Virus record (IMG/VR): IMGVR_UViG_3300033463_000013
Span: 117,408 to 181,407 of that record
Source: a virus
Taxonomy: Duplodnaviria > Caudoviricetes
Length of the DNA stretch: 64,000 bases
Direction: 5' to 3' (one strand)
Each line of letters starts with the position of its first letter. The first letter of the stretch is position 1. The notes under the pieces were generated by a model. That model did no database searches. It worked only from the letters and a program-made list of their open reading frames with translations, and was not told the origin of the DNA. Shown here piece by piece: positions 11,363 to 21,900 of the stretch. The translations under genes and the position numbers were made by a program.

Positions 11363-12963
11363 TTGTTTTCTTCCTCTCCTTCTATACTAATCACTCGCTC
11401 ACTCGCACTTGAAAATAAATCCAATGGTTCATTAATTGGCTGATTATCTGCTGTTGTTATAAATAAATCTTTTCTTGCTCCAGTTCCTAAATGTATATTA
11501 CACCATATTCTAATCATCTTGTAGCGGCCACGCCGCATTTTATATATATCTAATACGTGAGTTGGACGTTCTCTTATATCTTCTTCTTTAATCGTACCTT
11601 CACGCACTGCAGCCCTTAATCCTGGCATAATTGAGTTCCATCCCTTTTCTGAAACTCTTGTCATTACATATCCCATATCACATTTATCTGCAACTGCTTT
11701 TGAGCCGCGAATACTTTTTTCATCTTTAAATCCCATTTCATCATCGCCCATGGCTAGTGCATTTACCTGTGTTGCTGAGAATATAAATAAACCATAATCT
11801 TTTGCTAATTGCTTTAATTGATTAGCCATTAACATTAGAACTACGTCTTCTCTTAAATTATTCTTTGAGAATTGAGTTACCAGACTTGCCGTTGTATGAA
11901 TATAATCAAAAAATACAAATTCTACTTCATCAACGGTCGCATATTTTCTAATTGTGGCTTCAACATTTTGTAAATTCGGTTCACTAATTTCTTCAATAAT
12001 AAAATAACCACTATACTCTTCAATAATTTTTGCTGCACATTTCACTCGGGTATATTCTCCTAGTTCATAATGCCCAGTGATAATATGATCTTCATCTACA
12101 CCAGATAAATATGCTAGCATAATTGTTTGAAGTTCTTCTTTATCCATTTCTGTTACAATGAATAATACTTTTCGTGGCTGCCGAGGTTCTCCATTTGCAT
12201 TTATTTCTTCTATGAAACCATTCTTTTCATGCGACCATCGTTTAGGATATGCAATATGACAGGCATCAAAAATACTTGTACGAGATTTACCACCACTAGT
12301 TGAAGATGATTTAAGAAAGAAACATCCTGGACGTGCACCACGACATACTGAACTAAACATCTTTCCCTCTAAACTTGGACCGATACTGGGAGATTTTCTT
12401 AAATCTTCAATTAACTTTTCCAGACCTTCTGCAGGGTCTCCTTGCATTTTTCCGCCATTAAGAAAATCATTTCTAATTTCAGAATAATCTCTTTCTATAC
12501 TATTTAATATGTCTGCTAATTTTGCTTTATCTAATCTTTCAATAATTTCTGCTTCAATACGAGGATCTTTTACATCTTTATCATCAATATAATATTCGCT
12601 AATATCATAATGTGCTTTTTGTAATCTTCTTAATAATGAATACTTTTTTAATCTCTCATAATATACTTTAAAGTTGCTTAATTGGGCATATTCATAAGAG
12701 TTCTTTAGAAAGTCAAGACCACCTTCAGCCTTATACACTTGTGCGGCGGCACCGCCACCACGTTCAATCTCTTGATCTACTTCTAGCGGCGATAACACTT
12801 CCGCGCCCGCCTCATATAATTTTCTAATTGCATTTAGACATACTCTTGCCGGTTTAAAATCAAAATCTGAAACCTGTATGTCAGGATATTCCAAAAATAA
12901 TAGAGGTTTATACATTAAGCAACCGATTACTTGGCGGTATGCCATAGTGTCGGATAATGTCAT
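11359..12963 (-). CDS. Replicative DnaB-like helicase
   Basis: Walker A-like SSTSGGKSR, FFDYIH, SATQVN, KMRRGRY. Confidence 0.85.
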   Translation of the reverse strand: MTLSDTMAYRQVIGCLMYKPLLFLEYPDIQVSDFDFKPARVCLNAIRKLYEAGAEVLSPLEVDQEIERGGGAAAQVYKAEGGLDFLKNSYEYAQLSNFKVYYERLKKYSLLRRLQKAHYDISEYYIDDKDVKDPRIEAEIIERLDKAKLADILNSIERDYSEIRNDFLNGGKMQGDPAEGLEKLIEDLRKSPSIGPSLEGKMFSSVCRGARPGCFFLKSSSTSGGKSRTSIFDACHIAYPKRWSHEKNGFIEEINANGEPRQPRKVLFIVTEMDKEELQTIMLAYLSGVDEDHIITGHYELGEYTRVKCAAKIIEEYSGYFIIEEISEPNLQNVEATIRKYATVDEVEFVFFDYIHTTASLVTQFSKNNLREDVVLMLMANQLKQLAKDYGLFIFSATQVNALAMGDDEMGFKDEKSIRGSKAVADKCDMGYVMTRVSEKGWNSIMPGLRAAVREGTIKEEDIRERPTHVLDIYKMRRGRYKMIRIWCNIHLGTGARKDLFITTADNQPINEPLDLFSSASERVISIEGEEENK

Positions 12964-12974
12964 ATAAAGCCCCC

Positions 12975-13463
12975 TTAATCATCAAATAAACCATCATCTA
13001 GATTAATTTCTTTTTTCTCTTTTTTCTTTTCTTGAATTGGAACTACATATTCATGAGTTTCTGTGTTTGCAATTGCAGCAGCAATACTACCGGCACGTGC
13101 TTGTTTATCTGCTTTCCAACTTTTAGTTTGCGCCATAGACTTCGGATTAACTAGTGCCAATGATTCTGTCAATTTATCTTTCTTTAAGACATTATAAATA
13201 TAATCAAGACAAGAAACAATAGAATCATCTGTATATCCATATGTTTCTCTTAATCTTTTACGCTCTGTCCAAATACGAGGTCCCGGCGCTTTAATTCCAA
13301 ATATTTCGCATACTTTATTTGAGAATCTTTCACGTGCTTGCTTTTCTGCTAAACAAGTTTTACAATACCACGCTGATGTTTTTCCGGATGGTGAAAAATA
13401 TTGCACCATTTCGTCTTTTCTAATATCTTGTTTACATCCAGCGCACTTACGAGTTATTTGCAT
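12975..13463 (-). CDS. Zn-finger hypothetical protein in replication module
   Basis: CAGC...CKTC; directly upstream of helicase. Confidence 0.65.
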   Translation of the reverse strand: MQITRKCAGCKQDIRKDEMVQYFSPSGKTSAWYCKTCLAEKQARERFSNKVCEIFGIKAPGPRIWTERKRLRETYGYTDDSIVSCLDYIYNVLKKDKLTESLALVNPKSMAQTKSWKADKQARAGSIAAAIANTETHEYVVPIQEKKKEKKEINLDDGLFDD

Positions 13464-13529
13464 ACAATCTACTCCTTTTCATTTTATTCTCTATATACAG
13501 TATACTATAATTTTCAAAAAAAGTCAAAT

Positions 13530-13563
13530 AAAAACAAGAGCGTCCTCAATAGAGAACGCTCTT
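13530..13563 (-). terminator. Intrinsic terminator
   Basis: AAGAGCGTTCTC/GAGGACGCTCTT hairpin followed by T-rich tract on minus strand. Confidence 0.7.
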
Positions 13564-13594
13564 TCCGCTCTTTCTACACATGGCAGATGAGCTA

Positions 13595-14590
13595 TTACAT
13601 TAGTTGCTTTACCTCATCAATAAAGTATTCAACTAAGCTACTTTGTGAAGGAACTGCTTGACTTAGCTTAAAGTCTTCAGAGCCAAATACTCTCTTAATG
13701 ATATCCTTCATAATTGCTAAGTGCTGATCCTTATTTTCTTCACCGCCAGCATCAAGATACTTAATCCATACTTCTTTAGCTTCAGCCATAACTTCCTGGA
13801 ATGGACGATCTTTAATCTGAGCAATTTCAGTATGGTCAGTCACTTCTGCGCCATCTTTTTCAACTGCCATATCAATAGCATCACCAATGGCGTCAACTAA
13901 TTCTTGATAACCAAATGGAATTTTTGGTTTTAGATACTGATAACGGCTTCCAGCAAATACAGTAGGAGTAGAACGAGTATATAAATAACGTTCTGATGTT
14001 CCATCCGGATTCATCTGTACTTGTAGGTATCCAATAATATCAACAATAGAGTTAATAATTGTATAACATTGATTTGGTAAATCTGGACAAACCGCAGTAA
14101 TAGCTTCACCGTCTTCATCACGCATTTCAGTAGGCTTATCCTTACTGTGCGCAATAAATAGAATACCAAATCCTAATAGTGTTATTTCGCGCCAAAATTC
14201 TGAAAATTCTTGCTTTAGCATATTCCAACCCTGGCCCCAAGGCACATCGCGAATACTATCAACGTTTTCGCGCTGGCAGATATACTTCTCACATAGCTGC
14301 CAAGCAATCGAGGCCGTATCCACCACAATAGTATCGTAAATTTCTTTTGCCTGTGGCTTACGCAACTGCGTAAGAACTTTCTTAGCATCAGTCCAACGAA
14401 GAATTGGTTGACTCTTAATACCTGCTAACGCATTAGTACCTTGTTCAAAATTCATGAACAATGCACGCGGTAGTTGACTACCGAAAGTTGACTTACCGGT
14501 TTTTGGCTGACCGTAAATCAATAGGAATTTACCCTTTAAATCTCTTGAAATCTTTGAGGGTTCCAAAGAGAAAATATCAATATCTGCCAT
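13595..14590 (-). CDS. Sak4-like / AAA_24 ATPase (ssDNA annealing recombinase)
   Basis: YGQPKTGKST, VVDT, FIAH motifs; next to SSB. Confidence 0.8.
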   Translation of the reverse strand: MADIDIFSLEPSKISRDLKGKFLLIYGQPKTGKSTFGSQLPRALFMNFEQGTNALAGIKSQPILRWTDAKKVLTQLRKPQAKEIYDTIVVDTASIAWQLCEKYICQRENVDSIRDVPWGQGWNMLKQEFSEFWREITLLGFGILFIAHSKDKPTEMRDEDGEAITAVCPDLPNQCYTIINSIVDIIGYLQVQMNPDGTSERYLYTRSTPTVFAGSRYQYLKPKIPFGYQELVDAIGDAIDMAVEKDGAEVTDHTEIAQIKDRPFQEVMAEAKEVWIKYLDAGGEENKDQHLAIMKDIIKRVFGSEDFKLSQAVPSQSSLVEYFIDEVKQLM

Positions 14591-14724
14591 TTAGCTCTCC
14601 TCCTTTCATATGATGTCCGAGGTAGGGCATGAGCCAATTCTCATGCCCAATTCCTCTATCACATTGTAAGTTTTCAATTGCCAGGTGTGCTTTTAATCAC
14701 TCCTACCACTGGATTGACTTACAA

Positions 14725-15630
14725 TTACTCCCAATCATACTTTTTAGAAGTAGCTTCTGCAGAGCCAGCGCTACCTGCACCCTGCTTGGAGGCAGTAGAA
14801 CGAGCATTAATCTGCATTTGTTCAATAGCAGCCTTGCGCTCGTTAAACGCTTTCTTAATTTCAACTGGGTCATACGCAAAATCTTCTTCCTTGCACTCAT
14901 CATCACCAGTAGTGATAATTAGTTCACGTACAAAACGAGTTGTAGTATCTGGAACATCTTCGCCCCAGCCGCTAGACTGGACTTCTTCTTCCTGAGAAAG
15001 AACACGAATACGACCCTTAACTGTTACTGTTCCATTTACTTCCCAGTTGCGAGAGATATATTCAACAGTATCTGGAGCTTCAACGATAAATTCAACAACA
15101 TCAAGCTTTCCGCCATACTGAACAATACCACCCTTAACAATAAGACGACCCGTGGTATCGCCTTCACGATCCACTTCATCGTGCATATCCATAATAAAAA
15201 TATCAGTTACAAATGATGCTACAGGAGCGACCTTTGCTTCATTGATAAAGGAACCACGAATCTGCCAACCATTAATTAGCTGACCACTACGAGATACAAA
15301 GTTATTTTCCTGTAGAGTCGCACCAGTCAAACGAACATTGGATGCATTATCAATACCAACATTCTGTGCAGTTTTCATCATCTTTAGATCATTTAGACTC
15401 TTCCAAGCAGGATTCTGCTTTCCAGTGGAAGTATACTCAGTTGCAAACATACCAACCTGAATATCACTTGTTTCTTCTTTTCCACCATAAGTTTGTGACA
15501 CACGAATTGTTACTGTCGCGCGCTGATATGGACGACCATCAGCGAGTTTACCGTCGCCAAAGGCAACATCCAAGAGTTTTCCGGCAAGATTTAGTTTATT
15601 ACCGGCCTGAATAGAAATATTTTTACTCAT
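14725..15630 (-). CDS. Single-stranded DNA-binding protein (phage type)
   Basis: OB-like beta-rich sequence, flexible tail ending acidic/aromatic KKYDWE; position in replication module. Confidence 0.7.
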   Translation of the reverse strand: MSKNISIQAGNKLNLAGKLLDVAFGDGKLADGRPYQRATVTIRVSQTYGGKEETSDIQVGMFATEYTSTGKQNPAWKSLNDLKMMKTAQNVGIDNASNVRLTGATLQENNFVSRSGQLINGWQIRGSFINEAKVAPVASFVTDIFIMDMHDEVDREGDTTGRLIVKGGIVQYGGKLDVVEFIVEAPDTVEYISRNWEVNGTVTVKGRIRVLSQEEEVQSSGWGEDVPDTTTRFVRELIITTGDDECKEEDFAYDPVEIKKAFNERKAAIEQMQINARSTASKQGAGSAGSAEATSKKYDWE

Positions 15631-15675
15631 TTTACATTTCTCCTTTTACTTTTTACTTTTGCTTCGATTTGTTAA

Positions 15676-16044
15676 TTAAAATTCTGCTTCTGCTTCCTTT
15701 GCAGCCTTAGCCGCTTCCTTGGCAGCCTTCTTTGCTTCCTTCTCTGCTGCTTTCTTAGCAGCCTTTTCAGCTTCTTCAGCTACTGGATCATATGCAAGAC
15801 CTTCTTCAGTTAGAGTATGATATTTCACAACCTTGGTCTTAGCCTTGCGAGTCTCAGTAGCAGGCTCTAGTTCAACAGTTTCTTCACGGGTAATCTTGGT
15901 ATATCCTTTCTTTTCAAGTGGATTAATACTACCAATAACGGCACTTAGTGAAATACCTAGTGCTTCAGAAATTTCTTTTTTAGAATACTCGTTTCCATAA
16001 TGTTCTTTTAAAAAGTTTAGTACACGTTCAGAATTAATTGTCAT
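15676..16044 (-). CDS. Winged-helix DNA-binding protein with Ala/Lys-rich tail
   Basis: KKEISEALGISLSAVIGSINPLEKKGY HTH; AKKAAEK repeats. Confidence 0.7.
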   Translation of the reverse strand: MTINSERVLNFLKEHYGNEYSKKEISEALGISLSAVIGSINPLEKKGYTKITREETVELEPATETRKAKTKVVKYHTLTEEGLAYDPVAEEAEKAAKKAAEKEAKKAAKEAAKAAKEAEAEF

Positions 16045-16176
16045 AATACATTTCTCCTTTTGTTATAAATTTTTGATTAGATGATTCATATTATTTTTTA
16101 TTATTTATATCCCACTCATGGGTTTCTCATCTTTTCTACATATATTATACTATGAATTTTCAAAATAATCAAATAT

Positions 16177-16569
16177 TTAATTATTATCTTCAATTATAAA
16201 AATTTTTTCAGCTATTTCTTGGGCCTCTTCATCATTTCCGCTTTCATCAAGTACTTTTTGGAGTCTTGGCGCCAAATCTTTTTCATAACCTTCGATAGCT
16301 TTATGTAAGGCAGAGACTTTATCCTTTAAATTATTAGAAACGATTAATGTGCCAACTAACAATTTAGCATATTCATTTTTAGTTAAAACACCATCAAAAT
16401 CTGGTTCTTCTAATTTATCTCTAAGATTTTCAAAGTCATCGCGCATGGTCTTCGCGGTTTCAAAGCCTTTTTCATCATTCTTTGATTTATCATAATCCAT
16501 TACTTGTTCTGCAGAAATTGCAGTAACTCTAGCTATTTCTTTGAATAGCTGCATATATCTTTTATCCAT
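16177..16569 (-). CDS. Hypothetical helical protein
   Basis: 130-aa ORF overlapping topoisomerase A stop. Confidence 0.65.
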   Translation of the reverse strand: MDKRYMQLFKEIARVTAISAEQVMDYDKSKNDEKGFETAKTMRDDFENLRDKLEEPDFDGVLTKNEYAKLLVGTLIVSNNLKDKVSALHKAIEGYEKDLAPRLQKVLDESGNDEEAQEIAEKIFIIEDNN

Positions 16570-18646
16570 TTTTAACTCCTTTTACCGCTCGACCGGTAAT
16601 TTTATAATTATTATCGCCTACCCATTTAGCTTCTTTAACATATCCTTTTTCATCTAATTTAATGGCTTTTACACCTTTAGTGGTGCGTCCTGTATAATTA
16701 ATATCACTTATGGGATAGCAATTATAATAATCATTATTGCTAATAATAACAACTTTATCATCTTCATCACTACTAAGTATAACTGCAACTAGTGAATCAT
16801 CATCTTCAAGTTTTATTACAGCAGTACCTTTTTTAGAACGAACACCATATTCAGCAATATGACTTTTTTTAATATAGCCATTTCGTGTAATACAAGTTAA
16901 AGATTTATAAGCATTAAAACTAAGTGTATCAATTAACAGGCGCGGATGTTCTCCTTTAATTTCAAATACTTCATTTATCTTATATTCCTTACCAAGTTTT
17001 AATTTACTAAGTGTAGCATTATACATTTTGCCTGTATCAGTAATAAGGGTTAATGAACCAAGATTCGTACCATATAGAATTTCTTGTGGCCTTGCACCTT
17101 TTAATGTCGTTAATGGCATTTCTACTAATTTAATATTACCATTAGTATATTTAAAGATTGCTATATCTTGTTCTTTAATTTCTTCTGGTTCCCCATCTTC
17201 GCTAATTGTATTAGTAATTCGTGTCCGTCTATTGTCGCCAAAGCGTTTAGATACATTCTCAAGAATTGTTATAAGCTTTTCATCTAGGGCGGTAGGCTCA
17301 GATAATAGGTAGCGACAGTCAGCAATAAAACTTCTTTTTTCTGCTAACTCATCATTTAATTTTACGCCGTCAAGCCGGCATAAAGACGATAGCTTCATAG
17401 CAAGAATGGCATCAACTTGTTCTTTATTAAATCCATACTTAGCTATCAATGCTTTTGCTGCTTCACCTGGATTATCACTACCTTTTATAATTGCAACGAT
17501 GTCATCAATATTTGCTATTGCAAGCAATAATCCTTCAATAATATTCTCACGGGCAAGTGCTTTATCAAGTTCAAACTGGATGATATTTCGTTCACATTCT
17601 CTAATGTGTTCAATATAGGCATTACAGGCTTCGCGCCATCCAAATACTTTTGGAAAACGTCCTTTATCAAGTAATACCATATTAATGGAAAACCAATTTT
17701 CCAATGAAGTGTCATGATAAAGTTTAGCCATCATCTTATTGGGATTTACACCCTTACTAAGATAAATACGAATATCGGCAGTTTTCTTAGTATGATCAAT
17801 TACTTTATCAATACCATAATCTGGTTCATCCTGCGTGAGCTGTGCCAGTTGATCAATTACTGTGTTTGTGAATACACTATATGGAAGTTCAGTAGCTTGA
17901 ATCATATGTTCAGCAGGATTATAAGTTAGGTTAGCGCGGATACGAATAGATTTGCCCTTTCCCAGTCTTAGACTTTCTTTAACTTCATTACTATTAGTGA
18001 TTGTACCACCAGTAGCAAAATCTGGAGCACAATATATCTCATCAAATGAAGCATTAGGATTATTGATTAATTTAATAAGTGCATTATTTACTTCTTTAAG
18101 ATTGAACTGGGGTACAGAAGTAGCCATAGCGACCGCAATTCCGGAACAGCCATTGACAATATTCCAATACCCAATACTAGGAAACACAGAAGGTATTTGC
18201 TCCGAATCGTCATAATTCCAATACCATTCCTTAATAGCATTTTTCTTTAATCCATCAAATAAGAAATCGGATATTTCACTCGCACGCATCTCTACATAGC
18301 GCGCGGCCGCGTGGGAATCTGGAGAAGAAGGATTTCCATAACTGCCTTGCACATCTTCAAGAGGATAATGTGTAGACCAAGGACGAGCTGCACGAATAAG
18401 AGCATCATACATTGCCGCATCGCCATGTACATAACTCTGAGTCATAGCCGCGGCGACAGACTTTTGTGCTTTTTGAAACTTATCTTTATGAGTAAGTTTA
18501 TTTGTATATTGTGCATACAAACCTTGACGAAGACCAATTTTAAGCATATCGCGCACGTCTGGAATTGCACGTTCTTGTGCAACTGATGCTGCATACTTTA
18601 AGAAGGCTTCTTCAGTTGTCTTTTGAAAATCTACTTCTTTAATCAT
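16562..18646 (-). CDS. Type IIA topoisomerase subunit A (GyrA/ParC family)
   Basis: RAIPDVRD, HGD, AAARYVE catalytic Tyr, GIAVAMAT, PDFATGG, C-terminal pinwheel-like repeats. Confidence 0.92.
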   Translation of the reverse strand: MIKEVDFQKTTEEAFLKYAASVAQERAIPDVRDMLKIGLRQGLYAQYTNKLTHKDKFQKAQKSVAAAMTQSYVHGDAAMYDALIRAARPWSTHYPLEDVQGSYGNPSSPDSHAAARYVEMRASEISDFLFDGLKKNAIKEWYWNYDDSEQIPSVFPSIGYWNIVNGCSGIAVAMATSVPQFNLKEVNNALIKLINNPNASFDEIYCAPDFATGGTITNSNEVKESLRLGKGKSIRIRANLTYNPAEHMIQATELPYSVFTNTVIDQLAQLTQDEPDYGIDKVIDHTKKTADIRIYLSKGVNPNKMMAKLYHDTSLENWFSINMVLLDKGRFPKVFGWREACNAYIEHIRECERNIIQFELDKALARENIIEGLLLAIANIDDIVAIIKGSDNPGEAAKALIAKYGFNKEQVDAILAMKLSSLCRLDGVKLNDELAEKRSFIADCRYLLSEPTALDEKLITILENVSKRFGDNRRTRITNTISEDGEPEEIKEQDIAIFKYTNGNIKLVEMPLTTLKGARPQEILYGTNLGSLTLITDTGKMYNATLSKLKLGKEYKINEVFEIKGEHPRLLIDTLSFNAYKSLTCITRNGYIKKSHIAEYGVRSKKGTAVIKLEDDDSLVAVILSSDEDDKVVIISNNDYYNCYPISDINYTGRTTKGVKAIKLDEKGYVKEAKWVGDNNYKITGRAVKGVKNG

Positions 18647-18656
18647 AATTTCACCT

Positions 18657-18977
18657 TTAATTATTTTTTATTCTATAATATTCTTCATCAAACTTTTTAG
18701 TTTTACTTATATGTTTATCTAAAAATTTTGACGCTGCTTTTTTAGTATAATGAATAAATGGAATATTACAGCCATTTTCAATTTGTCGTATACGAAATAA
18801 TTGAAGGTCGGTTGGGCGTTCATTAATTTGATTACTTTCTGTCATTATTTCAAATTGTTTTTGAGGAAATTGCCCACGCAAATTTCTACAAATCAATTCT
18901 GCATGTAATTCTCCTTCATAAATTGCTTCAATTTTATTATCTGTAATATTAATTACATAGTTCATATTATCCCTCAA
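18657..18977 (-). CDS. Hypothetical protein between topoisomerase subunits
   Basis: 106-aa ORF in operon spacing. Confidence 0.55.
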   Translation of the reverse strand: MRDNMNYVINITDNKIEAIYEGELHAELICRNLRGQFPQKQFEIMTESNQINERPTDLQLFRIRQIENGCNIPFIHYTKKAASKFLDKHISKTKKFDEEYYRIKNN

Positions 18978-20839
18978 TTATTCAATATATTAAAATCAAC
19001 ATTATCAAATAAGAAATCTCTTCTATCTTCTACTTCAGTTCCCATTAACATTTTTAATGATTCGCGCGCGGCTTCAGCGTCACGAATTGTAAGAATTTCT
19101 AGGCGTCTATCTTTAGGATTCATCATAGACATTTCCATATCTTCTGAATTTAGCTCGCCCAATCCTTTTGCGCGGGTAATAGTCCAATTTTCACGCCCAA
19201 CTTTAACTTTTGCTAACTCTTCATCATCATAGGCAAATACTTTTTCTTTGCCTTTTTCTAACTTATACAAAGGTGCGCGCAACCAACACAACCTACCTTC
19301 TTCAATGAATTTAGGCATAAGCACATAAAACATTGTAGCAATCAAGCACATAATTGCATATCCATCTACGTCAGCATCTGTTGCGATAGCAACCTTACCA
19401 TAGTTTAGTTTCTTACTATTATATTTATCCTGAATACCGCATCCAAGCGCGAGAATAATATCACTTACTTCTTGATTCTCTAAACATTCTTCAAGCGGAT
19501 GTTTCATCAAGTTCTTTACTTTACCACGGACAGCATACAGTGCTTCAGTTTTGACGTCCCTAGCAGGCATAAGCCCACCAAGAGCAGAATTACCCTCACT
19601 AATAATAAGCATTGATTCCTGGCCATGCTTTTCACAGTCTTTAAATTTATCGGAAGTATTAACTTTACGCTTTTTCTGCTCTACTTCCTTTTTTTCCATA
19701 TTCATTACTGCTTCACGTGCCTTCTCAGCAGCGGCTTCCGCCTTTTCAATTTTAGTCAGCATTTCTACTATTGCATTAAATTCACTTGCATATAATGTGT
19801 TCATTTCTTTAAGTGCATTAGTGAAAGCTGTTGACGCTAATGTACGAAGTGAAGCATTGTTAATTTTTGATTTAGTTTGATTAGCGAATGATGGGTTTTC
19901 TACTTTACAGTTAATAACATAAAATAGATTCTTACGGATATTTTCTCCGTCAAATGAAGCGTCAGCAAGAGAATTAAATGTTTTTGTAATAGCAGTTTTT
20001 GCGCCAGTAATAGGTGAACCACCTTCTGGACAACGTAAGCCATTTACAAATACATATGCAGTTTCATGTTTTGTTCCCCATTGAAATGCAATCTCAAGAC
20101 TGTCAGTTCCATCACTTGCAGAACCTGTAATAATATGTTTATGTAATGGTTTTTTCACCATAGTAGATACAAAATCATTTATACCATTTTTCGCGCAAAA
20201 AGTTTGACTTTGAGTACCATCAGAGACTACGAATTCAATTCCAGGATATAAATATGAAATATTTTGAATATCTTCACAGATTCTATTATATTCATATCCA
20301 ATCTTTCCATTACAGAAAACTATTGGATCTGGAATAAAATAAATATCTGTTCCTGTCTTAACATTCTTAGCTGATGCTTCTTTATAAGTGTCAAGAATAC
20401 CTTGATTAAAAGTAGCGGTTGCTTTTTTTCCATCTCTGTAACTTGTTACTTCAAATCTAGTAGAGGAAAGACATACACATGAACCACCAATTCCATTTAA
20501 TCCTGAAGAGTTTTTATATGCACTATGATCAAATTTTCCACCAGTATGAGATTTTGTATAGATAGAAACAAGTACATTTTCGCCATCTTCACGTTTACCA
20601 AAAGGAACACCACGGCCATAATCACGCACACGAATTCCATTAGTTGATGTATCAAGCGTAATTTCAATACGTTTGCCATGTCCTGCTAGAGCTTCATCTG
20701 TACTATTATTAATAATTTCCTTTAAGGCTTGATATGTTCCTTCAATATCGTCTGAACCAAGATACATATTTATTCTGGTGCGAACGCCTTCACGGAAATT
20801 CAAACTCTGAATTGAGTTAATATCATATGTTTCTGACAT
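18974..20839 (-). CDS. Type IIA topoisomerase subunit B (GyrB/ParE family)
   Basis: EIINNSTDE, DYGRGVP, GGKF, GLNGIG, EGNSA, DADVDG, KGLGE. Confidence 0.93.
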   Translation of the reverse strand: MSETYDINSIQSLNFREGVRTRINMYLGSDDIEGTYQALKEIINNSTDEALAGHGKRIEITLDTSTNGIRVRDYGRGVPFGKREDGENVLVSIYTKSHTGGKFDHSAYKNSSGLNGIGGSCVCLSSTRFEVTSYRDGKKATATFNQGILDTYKEASAKNVKTGTDIYFIPDPIVFCNGKIGYEYNRICEDIQNISYLYPGIEFVVSDGTQSQTFCAKNGINDFVSTMVKKPLHKHIITGSASDGTDSLEIAFQWGTKHETAYVFVNGLRCPEGGSPITGAKTAITKTFNSLADASFDGENIRKNLFYVINCKVENPSFANQTKSKINNASLRTLASTAFTNALKEMNTLYASEFNAIVEMLTKIEKAEAAAEKAREAVMNMEKKEVEQKKRKVNTSDKFKDCEKHGQESMLIISEGNSALGGLMPARDVKTEALYAVRGKVKNLMKHPLEECLENQEVSDIILALGCGIQDKYNSKKLNYGKVAIATDADVDGYAIMCLIATMFYVLMPKFIEEGRLCWLRAPLYKLEKGKEKVFAYDDEELAKVKVGRENWTITRAKGLGELNSEDMEMSMMNPKDRRLEILTIRDAEAARESLKMLMGTEVEDRRDFLFDNVDFNILNN

Positions 20840-20891
20840 ATCTTCGCCTCCTTTTCTTTACATTTTATTATAACATAAATTGAACTAGAAG

Positions 20892-21419
20892 TCAAACTTC
20901 TAGTTCTTCAAAAATTAAATCTTTTGGTAGAAAATTGCGACATAGATAAAAAGAACCAAAACTTACACCCTTCTGTACTTCTTTTTTCTGTAAGTCAGTA
21001 TAATAGTTAATACGTTTATCAAAAATTAAAGCTTGGCAATCTTTCATGTATGGAAATCTTTTTTGTCCTTGTAGTGAAGGAATTGGAAGTAGCATTGCAT
21101 AAGGTTTATTTAATTCATAAAGATGTTTAATAATATCATCTTTAATTGAGAATGGTGGATTAGAAACAATTACATCATAATGTTCCGTTGGTTCATATTC
21201 AAAGAAATTTTCACCGGTATCAATATGAGTAGCAATTACTTTATTACCATTAGCGCGAATAAGTTTAACAAATTCACTATCATTCATATCAAATGGACAC
21301 CAAACTATATCAGTAGGTTTAATATATTTAACTATTGGTTTAACCGCATAAGCCGGAGTATAAACTTCGTCTGATGCTTTATCAGTTTTAGCTGTTAAGT
21401 ATCCTTTATTTAAAGCCAT
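20892..21419 (-). CDS. Small N6-adenine DNA methyltransferase
   Basis: DEVYTP, WCPFD, SNPPFS catalytic motif. Confidence 0.8.
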   Translation of the reverse strand: MALNKGYLTAKTDKASDEVYTPAYAVKPIVKYIKPTDIVWCPFDMNDSEFVKLIRANGNKVIATHIDTGENFFEYEPTEHYDVIVSNPPFSIKDDIIKHLYELNKPYAMLLPIPSLQGQKRFPYMKDCQALIFDKRINYYTDLQKKEVQKGVSFGSFYLCRNFLPKDLIFEELEV

Positions 21420-21423
21420 AATA

Positions 21424-21843
21424 TCACTCCATAATTTGATAGTCGCATCCATCAACACTTTTGATATAATCGAGCATATCTTTATATTCAGGTTTAGAAA
21501 ACCAAGGACTAAGAAGATATGTATAAGTTACCTTTTCTGCGCCGATAGCTTTACCAATTTTTCTAAATTGAAAGATTTTAAAAGCACAAGTCTGAGGCTT
21601 TTCATCCGCAGAACCCGCGACCTGCTGAAATTTCTTCTCATAAATTTTTAGTTCTTTAGTATTTTCATCAAAGTAGGCTTCATCTGGAAGCAATTTTTTA
21701 CTGATTACATCATTCCACTTAATACCAAGTTTATCCATATATTTATATAGATTATGTTTAGTAAGATTAATTCCAGTAGTATTAATTTGAACCTGTTTTT
21801 CAAATTTAGCTCCGGTAGTAGTATCTCTAGATGCGCGAGTCAT
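21424..21843 (-). CDS. Small PD-(D/E)XK nuclease, restriction-endonuclease-like
   Basis: GAKFE...PDEAY...IYEKKFQ...GSADEK; immediately upstream of the MTase. Confidence 0.65.
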   Translation of the reverse strand: MTRASRDTTTGAKFEKQVQINTTGINLTKHNLYKYMDKLGIKWNDVISKKLLPDEAYFDENTKELKIYEKKFQQVAGSADEKPQTCAFKIFQFRKIGKAIGAEKVTYTYLLSPWFSKPEYKDMLDYIKSVDGCDYQIME

Positions 21844-21900
21844 AAAATCATCCTCTCATATTTTCTACAATAATTATATCATAAATTTTATTAAAGTCAA

